Positions 53,901 through 61,526 of a stretch of 64,000 bases of DNA are shown here, one piece after another (the stretch's first letter is position 1; each line of letters opens with the position of its first letter). The position numbers were made by a program, and so were the translations under genes. Under the pieces are notes generated by a model, which was not told the origin of the DNA, ran no database searches, and was given only the letters and a program-made list of their open reading frames with translations. This stretch comes from Bacteroidota bacterium (GTDB lineage Bacteria > Bacteroidota > Bacteroidia > Chitinophagales > Chitinophagaceae), in assembly GCA_024640225.1 (NCBI GenBank), contig JAHEFK010000003.1:32649-96648 (forward strand), given 5' to 3'.

Positions 53901-56900
53901 AGCATAACCAGGTTGCTGATTCATTCCAGTCATGCGCATCTCATTAAACCATACTTCCACACATTTGGCAAGCCCATCATCGTTTGGTGTAGCAGTCGTT
54001 TTCTTAGGATTCAAAATACCCAACATAATTGTTTTTGCTTCACCCACATTTGGATTACCAACCACTACAATAGTATTACCTTTAGCATCTATTGCTTGAT
54101 AAGGAATATAGCTCGGCAATCCCGAATTATTACGCGCTGTTTTAGCAGCTACTAATTGATCTAATAGTAATTCTAATTTATTTTTATCTGGCCAAATCTG
54201 GAAAGGATCTGCAGTACCGTTGGGAGTAATAGCCAACGGAATTTGATACTCATAATAGTTATTTGTAAAATCGCTACCAATTCGAATGCATGCATATACA
54301 TCGCCATCTTTGATAGGCACCTGACCTAAACGCGATTCTGCATGAATGAACATTTTCATAGTTGAAAACTGACGCAAATCTATACCTACTTCTTTATATA
54401 CTGCCCTTGCATCTCCATCTTTCAAACCACACACTTGTAAGGATAACGACTGCTCATTTAATTGAATATTCTGACCATTCGAAACAGCGCTTTGTTGACG
54501 AATAATTCCAGGAGGCATTACATAGTTAACAGGGGCACGTTGTCCATTTTCTTCTAAACTTACAGAGGTAATGGCAAACTCCGTTGTTTTTTTATCAGCT
54601 TCTGGAATATTCTCTCCAGGCGATTGTAAAGAGAATTGATATTGACGCCATTGGTTTCTTCCTAATTCTATTTTAGCTAAACGAAGGATAACACTATCTT
54701 CAAATCCATTTAAATATAAACGCATAAAACGAATAGATCTAAAATCGGCTATGTTACCAATTTTTTGTTGATACTCTCGAATTGGAATTTTAAATTGATA
54801 CCAAGTTTCAGGCTCTGTATTGCCATTGGGCAATTTCACATTGCTTACTTGTTTACTTACAATAAAGTTGGTACCCACTTGCATGTTGGGTTGCACATCA
54901 ATACGATATTGAAAATAATCTTCTGATTCGCTAAGTGCATTATCACGATTGATATCTTCTGTTTCGGGCAATGTGGTTGCGGCATTAGACACCGCTGCAT
55001 TTGCAGCTGGAATAGGTGAATTGCCTTGAGGATTATTATAATATTTGTAGCGAGATATTACACTCACATTACTTTGGTCAAAAACAGCATCTCTAAAGTG
55101 TTTAAAATTATCGGCCGCTGGATCGGCAAGCGCATCTAAATACACTTTAGAACTTGTTCCAAAACTAGCTGCTAATCGATCTAAATAAACTTTAAAAAAT
55201 TGTTTTTCTTCTTCATCATTCAATCCATCATAACCCACATCCTGTACTTCACGAGCAGCGGGATCATTATCAAAAGCTCTGGTGATTTGTTGTTGAAAGC
55301 GAGGAATATAACCCCAAATACTCTGATCTAATTGAGCTGGATTTTTAGGTGCGGCAATACCATTTTCGAAGAACTTTCTCGAATCTTTCATCACATCTTC
55401 CGACACGTTTCCTAAATTGATATACATGGACCCATTGGAGGAAGGATTGTTATTATTGATAAAAGGATCTAACATCCAAAATTCAATAAACTCCACATTA
55501 GACGCTTCAAAATCACTGTATTCAATAGGACGCATAATACCACCCCATCTAGCTTGTGGATCTTTTAAAGTACCATCAATATTAATATTCTGATCGTCGA
55601 AATTATAAGGACCACGTTGCTTAGGATAAAATCCAAGATCTAAGGTGGTTAATGCATTTTGCAAGGTAGTATAAGAGCGTTGTGGAAATACATCCTGCAA
55701 TTGCACTAAGCGAATATAATGTTGGTTGATATCTTTTTTCACATTCGTCGTGCTAGTGCCATAACTTGGATCCACTAATTGAGGTTCTAAAAAATACCAA
55801 GCAAACTTGGCTCTGTTTTTGCCATAGCTGAGTTTATTATTGTCTGTTGCTTCTGGAAATAAAATGTTGCCATATTTATTTAGTGCATTTACTGGCGTAG
55901 AGGCTAAAGACCATGACAACATGGGCGATTTCAAATCATAGCTACTACGGGTTCCTTCAAAATCATCTATATATACAGCACCTTCTGGATCGGCACCGGT
56001 ATTGATTAATTTGGATGATCCCGGAAATATGCCAGCGCCTTCTGCAGAAAATGACAAGAAAGAAGGAGCTGTTGTTGCATAAACAGGTAATTTATCTAAT
56101 AAGCGCGTAATGAATTTTGATTCGGATTGGTAATTGACATCAACACCTACTACAGAGTTACGAATAGGATCTTCTCCAATACTCGTTTTTTGTGTAAACG
56201 GTCGCTCTGTAAGTTTCAATACGGTAGCACCAATATTAAATTTTTCATTTAAATAATAATCCATTCGGATACCCATTAAATTTTGTTGCTGAAACCCGAA
56301 TGTAGCATTGTCTTCATATTGAATATTGATTGGAATACCTGAACTTAAAATACCGGTATTGGTAATTTTAATTCTACCTAAGCTATAGTCCATTTGAAAA
56401 TCAATATTCTCTAATAATCGCTGTCCACCTGCCGTAACCGAAACAGAGCCTTGAGGAATATTAAAACCACCTAAGAAAATCTCAGAGGAAGAGGCCGACT
56501 TATAGGTACCTCTCATTATATACCTATTGTTTTGTTGGAATTGACGGGCTATTGTTTTGGTGGAATCATACAAAATCTGATATAAATATTTACGTTGCAA
56601 TTGTGGATCATTAGCAACGGCAGGCAATAAATCTGCGCCAAAGGGTTCTAATACCGGGAATATTAATTTGCCTTGTTGTGGATTAATAGTAAGGCCTTCA
56701 ATAAAATCGAATACACCATCTGGTGCTGGATCATTTTGAGGATTTAAGCGATCTAAATTCAAAACACTAATTAATGGAACTCCAGCTTTTACACCTTCCG
56801 GTAAATATCTTTTTTCTCCTCCTCCAGGATCTTGAAATAAAACATTTAATCTAAAATCTTCTTTTGAAATACCATAGCCACCTAAAGCATAAATATTCTT

Positions 56901-58442
56901 CATCATTAAATTCCAAATCGGCAATCGGGGTCTTGCAGAAGTACCTTTCAACAATTTCATATACATCACCTTGGTATTGGTAGAATCGGGTGGAAGATCT
57001 TCTGCAAATTCTCCTACCTGAAACACTTGCCCATTATACGTGTATCGATACGATACGGCCAATATATCATCTGGATTTAATTGCGTATTAAGTGAAATGT
57101 AACCAAGCTGTGCATTAAAAGAAAACTCACTGCTAGCTAATTTTCTTGCAGTAGTACGTTCAAAGTCTAAGCCTTGCTGAAAACCCAAGGATAAGGCAGC
57201 ACTCGTAGCATTGCTTTGTAAACGAGCATTGCTCATTTGCATAATTAAATCATACAAGGTATTGGCTCTATTATCAGGATAGGTAGGTTTTGCAGCATTT
57301 GTCAAGCTAGCATTGTAGGGTTTTTGCTCTCCCAAATCCATAAATGCTAAGATATCGCGCACCCCTTCTACAGCTCCTGTACGATTGGTAACCCAAACTT
57401 CAATTTTATTGATGGTAACTAAAGAATTAATTAATGGAAAACTCTGCAAGGACGAATTGTAATGCTCTCTAAAATAATGCCCTAATAAAAAGTGTCTGTT
57501 TTCTTCATAATCATCCGCTTTTGCAGAAAAATTTTGTGCTTGTCCGCCACCTTGTATAGTTAAACTTTGCTTTTTAGATTTTTGCTGAGACACAACACCA
57601 GTAACCCAAAGCTTTCCAAATTGCAATTGTGTTTTTAATCCAAATAAAGATTGAACACCTTTTATTAAATTACTTTTTAAAGGGAAACTAATATTGCCGG
57701 CTTCTATCTTTTTTATTATCTCATCATCTTTGCCGGTATAATCTAATTTTTGAACATTCTGAAAATCAAAAGTTGCTTTGGTATTATTGCTAATATTAAA
57801 TTTCATTTTATCGCCAATAGCTGCAATAAAATTGACATTCATTTGCATATCAAAATCAAAGATGCCATATTTTTGAGCGCGCTGTGTAAGCGCAGGATTT
57901 TTAATATTCTGCCAATTACCTCCAAATTTCACATCTACATTTCCTTGCGGTCTTACAGATATGGAACTACCCCCAAAAATGCGATCAAAAATCCCATCTT
58001 TGTACATTACAGGTAATTGCGGTTTCTTTTCAAAAAGCGCCAAAGCATCTAATCTTCTTCTCCAATAGGCTTGCTCATCTTGCTTGGCTTTGTATTTTAG
58101 ATATTCTTCTCGGGTGAGATAGGTAGGTGTTCTGTAATAGCGCCCGCCTATTTTCTCCGTAAAATAATAATTACCGTCAACGGGATCGTATTCTATTTGT
58201 TTAGAGAAATTAGAAGGATCGTTTAAATCTACACTGGGTGTTTTTTTCCCTGTTAATGGATCGCCATTGCTATCCTCTATTCTAAATTTTAATGCAGGGG
58301 TTGTCTCTTTTTGAGTACTGTCTTTTGCCGCAGCAAAAACGGACTGGTTTTGATATAGCAGGAAAAGGATTGTTGATACAACAATCCATTTATTTATGTT
58401 ATTATTTTTTTTAGTTTTCTGTTCCAACACTAAGCACTTCAT
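50925..58442 (-). CDS. sprA: T9SS translocon / cell-surface protein SprA
   Basis: 2505-aa single ORF. N-terminal signal. RYYRTPTYLTREEYLKYKAKQDEQAYWRRR block. Size and beta-rich composition match SprA (Sov). Starts 9 nt after the ruvA stop. Confidence 0.9.
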   Translation of the reverse strand: MKCLVLEQKTKKNNNINKWIVVSTILFLLYQNQSVFAAAKDSTQKETTPALKFRIEDSNGDPLTGKKTPSVDLNDPSNFSKQIEYDPVDGNYYFTEKIGGRYYRTPTYLTREEYLKYKAKQDEQAYWRRRLDALALFEKKPQLPVMYKDGIFDRIFGGSSISVRPQGNVDVKFGGNWQNIKNPALTQRAQKYGIFDFDMQMNVNFIAAIGDKMKFNISNNTKATFDFQNVQKLDYTGKDDEIIKKIEAGNISFPLKSNLIKGVQSLFGLKTQLQFGKLWVTGVVSQQKSKKQSLTIQGGGQAQNFSAKADDYEENRHFLLGHYFREHYNSSLQSFPLINSLVTINKIEVWVTNRTGAVEGVRDILAFMDLGEQKPYNASLTNAAKPTYPDNRANTLYDLIMQMSNARLQSNATSAALSLGFQQGLDFERTTARKLASSEFSFNAQLGYISLNTQLNPDDILAVSYRYTYNGQVFQVGEFAEDLPPDSTNTKVMYMKLLKGTSARPRLPIWNLMMKNIYALGGYGISKEDFRLNVLFQDPGGGEKRYLPEGVKAGVPLISVLNLDRLNPQNDPAPDGVFDFIEGLTINPQQGKLIFPVLEPFGADLLPAVANDPQLQRKYLYQILYDSTKTIARQFQQNNRYIMRGTYKSASSSEIFLGGFNIPQGSVSVTAGGQRLLENIDFQMDYSLGRIKITNTGILSSGIPINIQYEDNATFGFQQQNLMGIRMDYYLNEKFNIGATVLKLTERPFTQKTSIGEDPIRNSVVGVDVNYQSESKFITRLLDKLPVYATTAPSFLSFSAEGAGIFPGSSKLINTGADPEGAVYIDDFEGTRSSYDLKSPMLSWSLASTPVNALNKYGNILFPEATDNNKLSYGKNRAKFAWYFLEPQLVDPSYGTSTTNVKKDINQHYIRLVQLQDVFPQRSYTTLQNALTTLDLGFYPKQRGPYNFDDQNINIDGTLKDPQARWGGIMRPIEYSDFEASNVEFIEFWMLDPFINNNNPSSNGSMYINLGNVSEDVMKDSRKFFENGIAAPKNPAQLDQSIWGYIPRFQQQITRAFDNDPAAREVQDVGYDGLNDEEEKQFFKVYLDRLAASFGTSSKVYLDALADPAADNFKHFRDAVFDQSNVSVISRYKYYNNPQGNSPIPAANAAVSNAATTLPETEDINRDNALSESEDYFQYRIDVQPNMQVGTNFIVSKQVSNVKLPNGNTEPETWYQFKIPIREYQQKIGNIADFRSIRFMRLYLNGFEDSVILRLAKIELGRNQWRQYQFSLQSPGENIPEADKKTTEFAITSVSLEENGQRAPVNYVMPPGIIRQQSAVSNGQNIQLNEQSLSLQVCGLKDGDARAVYKEVGIDLRQFSTMKMFIHAESRLGQVPIKDGDVYACIRIGSDFTNNYYEYQIPLAITPNGTADPFQIWPDKNKLELLLDQLVAAKTARNNSGLPSYIPYQAIDAKGNTIVVVGNPNVGEAKTIMLGILNPKKTTATPNDDGLAKCVEVWFNEMRMTGMNQQPGYAASGKLNIQLADLGSVRASGSMHTSGYGNIDQKLNQRFRDNFYQYDASTNLSLGKLLPKQWGVQLPFYVGYSSTISNPIYDPYDLDVKFADKLSRATSSEQRDSIKKAAQDFSSILSFNFTNVKIMGNQEKQRKFISPLSIKNFDFSYSYNKQFKRNSLIEHDEITQQKLGIGYTYSIKSKPLEPFKKLIKSRSKWWALLRDVNLNLVPSSLSFRTDLNRVFNETQMRTIGDASYPLAPTYFKNFIWNRTYAIRWQLTNSLSFDLNATNNSRIDEPYGRIDTKEKQDSLIQLLQTGGRNTLYTQNANASYNVPLNKFPLTDWTSLRLTYGTTYNWTAASKIAASLGNAIANTQNIQINGELNFTQLYNKSRWMRMLSQPVRTDASTKLPNSVKNLISKNNPFDVMDANPTEDKKNGAKGAKDNVGNAAKDNNTNSKEDQKTKLQIAEENKKLLEQQKNKIIINGVELTPLQIAKYSNKQLDSLKSIMHKQQLDLAKAEKKKIKLEKKLARLQKRQTQTSITGIRRFLGKLLTMVKRSTFNYTETGGTILPGFRDSAVVLGLNPQSMQPGLNYVFGGQPTNSWFEQQATLGRLSKDTLFNGQLKQTFSQNLSITGTLEPIADLRVDLSLTKTFSKSHSELFKDVNNDGVFDHNNPYETGSFSMSYIGVKTMFKAGGANSELFQTFIGNTTTVSNRLGANNPYIAGLPDPTNPAYSKGYTKFSQSVLIPSFVAAYSGKTAKDIPLMNTEVDHIKANPFKYFMPLPNWKVSYTGLAKLPKLKELFTNVVVNHAYTGTLSMNGFVSSLFYRDALSIGFPSFIDSNSNNLVPFYQVPNITINEQFNPLLGVDVALKNKMTFHIEFKKSRTSSLSLIDYQVSEVKSAEFVFGAGWRVKGVVLPFKIAGVKKLKNDLNLKLDIGLRDDKTTNTFIAQNLSVISRGQQVISISPSADYIVSDKITLRFFYDRRQTIPYVSNSFPMTTTTGGVTLRFIFAN

Positions 58443-58451
58443 GTATGATTC

Positions 58452-59030
58452 CTAAATTAATCTTAACGCTTGTTTTATGATATCTTCTATGGTTAGCGAT
58501 GCAATGTTCTCAATTTTATGCAATGCATTTTCAGCGGCCACTTTATTAATACCTAAATTCACTAATGCTATTAACGCATCTTGCTCAATTGTATTGTGCA
58601 TTTTAGCAGTATTGGTAACAAAATTTTTGTCTACTTGCAATTTGCCTTTTAACTCTAAAATAATGCGTTGTGCCGTTTTAGACCCAATACCTTTCACACG
58701 TTCTAAGGTCTTTGCATCTTCTGTTGCAACCGCCCTTTCCAATTCTTCTGGCGTAAGGGATGACAAGATGATACGAGCCGTTGCTGCCCCTACTCCGTTG
58801 ATATTCAATAGCTGACGAAATGTTTGTCGCTCTTGCTCGTCTGCAAAGCCATACAATACCCAAGCATCTTCACGAATTTGCAAATGCATCCAAAGGAGAC
58901 AGGTATCCAAATGCTGAATTTTGGAAAAGGTTTGTAAGGTAATATGAATTTCATATCCTACACCACCTGCCTGCAAGTGCAACATGGAGGGTGATTTGTA
59001 AACTAAATTTCCTTCAAGAAAGGCAAACAT
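58452..59030 (-). CDS. ruvA: Holliday junction branch migration complex subunit RuvA
   Basis: 192 aa. MFAFLEGNLVYKSPS..GGVGYEI, HhH motifs INGVGAATARIIL and VKGIGSKTAQRIILEL. Confidence 0.93.
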   Translation of the reverse strand: MFAFLEGNLVYKSPSMLHLQAGGVGYEIHITLQTFSKIQHLDTCLLWMHLQIREDAWVLYGFADEQERQTFRQLLNINGVGAATARIILSSLTPEELERAVATEDAKTLERVKGIGSKTAQRIILELKGKLQVDKNFVTNTAKMHNTIEQDALIALVNLGINKVAAENALHKIENIASLTIEDIIKQALRLI

Positions 59031-59081
59031 ATATCATCAATTTATTACTTGCAATTTACATCAAATAGTTGATTCTATTAT

Positions 59082-59110
59082 AAAAAAAAGCGACAAGAGT
59101 ATCTTGTCGC
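59082..59110 (-). terminator. Rho-independent terminator after 59138-60103
   Basis: GCGACAAGA (59090-59098) / TCTTGTCGC (59102-59110). An A8 run on the plus strand gives a U-run on the minus strand. Confidence 0.75.
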
Positions 59111-59137
59111 CTTCATCTTTATATGCTTATAATGTGT

Positions 59138-60103
59138 TTACCACCATTGATCCCATTTACTATTCAAACGGTAAATGAACGTAATAGAGAACGTTGAATA
59201 CCCATCCTTGTTGGCACTATTTCCTCTCAAATCACCAGCATTGTGTTGGTAGTTCGGAATAAGCACCCATGATTTGTCATAAATATCTGCTGCAATAGCT
59301 GCTTTTTCAGGGCTTAAACTAGCAGCAAATACTTGAGGATTCACATATTTATCGCTTACATCGTCAAGCAAATCTGTCATTGTTTTTCTGTAGATATATT
59401 CTACCCCTAACGATACTTTATGATTTAAATCCCAACGTACACCCAATCCCATTGGGATAGCCATTTGCCATAAATTTGGCAAAGGGGTATTGGTTGCACC
59501 ACTTGTACTTAAACCAACACCTTCTGTATGTAAATCAATTAAATCAACCCATTGTTCTCTTCTAGTTGCTCTATTTACATATAGACCTTGTGGATTATAA
59601 TGGAATACGGCAATACCACCAGTTACATAAGGCTGCATGCGTCTTCTCGATCTATTTGTTTCTGTATTCATTCTAAAAGGAGCAAATTCAAACATGATAT
59701 TACCTTCCCAAATATTAGTACGAACATTTAAGTTTCTATAGTAACGTTGCGCTGCATCTTCTTCTAAACTAGTTGCTTTTTTGGCTGCATCTTCATTAAA
59801 ATTATCTGAGGCATATAATTTACCATAGTTCACACCAAAACGAAGCGAAAAAGCAGGCACAAATGTATAACGAAACAATAAGCCTCCCATAAATTTAGGA
59901 TTCTTACGATAATTCGCATTCATATAATGGTCTAAGGGACTTGCCGTTCCTATATCACCCCACAAATCTGACAATCCTATGGTGGTACCTAAGGAAAAAC
60001 CAGGTGCTTCGGAGTAATAATCTTCAATTTGTGCATGCACAACTGAGCTACTAATTATAAATAAACTGAATAAAACTATTAGTTTTTTATTTATTCTTTG
60101 CAT
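59138..60103 (-). CDS. Outer-membrane beta-barrel protein (DUF6089-like by recollection)
   Basis: Start set to ATG 60103 (MQRINKKLIVLFSLFIISSSVVHAQ). Alternating beta pattern and aromatic C-terminus ...SKWDQWW. Confidence 0.55.
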   Translation of the reverse strand: MQRINKKLIVLFSLFIISSSVVHAQIEDYYSEAPGFSLGTTIGLSDLWGDIGTASPLDHYMNANYRKNPKFMGGLLFRYTFVPAFSLRFGVNYGKLYASDNFNEDAAKKATSLEEDAAQRYYRNLNVRTNIWEGNIMFEFAPFRMNTETNRSRRRMQPYVTGGIAVFHYNPQGLYVNRATRREQWVDLIDLHTEGVGLSTSGATNTPLPNLWQMAIPMGLGVRWDLNHKVSLGVEYIYRKTMTDLLDDVSDKYVNPQVFAASLSPEKAAIAADIYDKSWVLIPNYQHNAGDLRGNSANKDGYSTFSITFIYRLNSKWDQWW

Positions 60104-60172
60104 GAGCAAATTATTTTTAAAACTACAAGTTATCATTTTTTATGGTAATTATTAAAGGATTAGCAAAAAAAT

Positions 60173-60952
60173 TTAAGCGCCTTTGAAGCTTGCTTTTCTC
60201 TTTTCTAAAAAAGCACTGATGCCTTCTTTTTTATCTTCTGTATCAAAACAAGCACCAAATAGATCAATTTCTTGTTGTAAGCCATCTTTAGCGCCAATAG
60301 CTGCTTGATTTACTAAATGTATAATATGCTGTATAGCAATGGGTGCTTTTGTACAAATTTTCGTCAAAATAAGGTTTGCTAAAGACAATAATTCCTCTTT
60401 GGGTACTACATGATTAACCAAACCCAATTGCAACGCTTCATTTGCCGTAATCATATCGGCAGTCATTAATAACTCCATTGCTTTCCCTTTGCCTATTAGT
60501 TGGGTAAGACGTTGGGTACCTCCATAACCTGGAATCAAACCTAAATTAACTTCGGGCTGACCGAACTTAGCATTTTCACTTGCAATTCTAAAATGACAAG
60601 CCATCGCTAATTCACAACCTCCGCCTAATGCAAATCCATTAACTGCGGCAATTATAGGTTTTGTAAACTGCTCAATTTTATTGAAAACCAATTCGGCACC
60701 AACCGTCGCTAAGGCCTTACCGCCTGCAGCTTGTAGTTCCGTAAATTCGGTAATATCGGCTCCCGCCACAAAGGCTTTTTCTCCAGCACCCGTTAAGATA
60801 AGGGCTTGAACTGCCGTATCTATACGTGCAGCCTCTAATGCCGCTCCCAATTCTTGAATGACGTCTTTATTGAGTGCATTCATTTTATCAGGACGATTAA
60901 TGGTAATCGTACAAATCCCTTGTTCGGTATGTGTTAAAATAGTTTGATACAT
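60173..60952 (-). CDS. Enoyl-CoA hydratase/isomerase (crotonase) family protein
   Basis: 259 aa. FVAGADI, NGFALGGGCELAMACH, oxyanion-hole pattern. Confidence 0.9.
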   Translation of the reverse strand: MYQTILTHTEQGICTITINRPDKMNALNKDVIQELGAALEAARIDTAVQALILTGAGEKAFVAGADITEFTELQAAGGKALATVGAELVFNKIEQFTKPIIAAVNGFALGGGCELAMACHFRIASENAKFGQPEVNLGLIPGYGGTQRLTQLIGKGKAMELLMTADMITANEALQLGLVNHVVPKEELLSLANLILTKICTKAPIAIQHIIHLVNQAAIGAKDGLQQEIDLFGACFDTEDKKEGISAFLEKRKASFKGA

Positions 60953-60961
60953 AAAAAAAAT

Positions 60962-61384
60962 TTAAAATAAATCTGCTCGATGTGTGGCTACCCATTCTTG
61001 GATATACTTGGCAATACTTGCGGTGCTTGTGCCAGGAGCAAAAAGCTGACCAACACCCATTGCAGCTAGTGTATTCATATCAGCATCTGGGATGATGCCA
61101 CCGCCTGTCAACAGTACATTGCTTAAGTTCTTAGCTTTCATCTCTTCTACGATTTTTGGAAACACGGTCATGTGTGCGCCACTTAAAATACTGACACCTA
61201 TGGCATCCACATCTTCTTGCAAGGCAGCATTAACAACCATCTCCGGAGTTTGACGCAAACCTGTATAAATAACTTCCATACCAGCATCACGCAAAGCAGC
61301 AGCAATTACTTTTGCGCCACGATCGTGCCCATCTAACCCAACTTTAGCTACTAATACTCGTATTGGTCTTGTTTTCGAATTCAT
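60962..61384 (-). CDS. Stand-alone cobalamin (B12)-binding domain protein, methylmalonyl-CoA mutase small-subunit type
   Basis: [48 protein letters not shown] (DxHxxG B12 motif). ATG 61384 preferred over TTG 61402. Start uncertain by 6 codons. Confidence 0.85.
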   Translation of the reverse strand: MNSKTRPIRVLVAKVGLDGHDRGAKVIAAALRDAGMEVIYTGLRQTPEMVVNAALQEDVDAIGVSILSGAHMTVFPKIVEEMKAKNLSNVLLTGGGIIPDADMNTLAAMGVGQLFAPGTSTASIAKYIQEWVATHRADLF

Positions 61385-61473
61385 AGAATTAGCAATTTTC
61401 AAGGGTAAAAATACAATTTAAAACTGATTTTCAAGCTATGCAATGGATGCTTAGTCATAATTAGCCTTTACAT

Positions 61474-61506
61474 AAAAAAACGTGCATAGCTTTAAAACTA
61501 TGCACG
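61474..61506 (-). terminator. Rho-independent terminator after the RND pump gene
   Basis: CGTGCATAG (61481-61489) / CTATGCACG (61498-61506). An A7 run on the plus strand gives a U-run on the minus strand. Confidence 0.75.
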
Positions 61507-61526
61507 TAATTATATTCTGCTTCACC

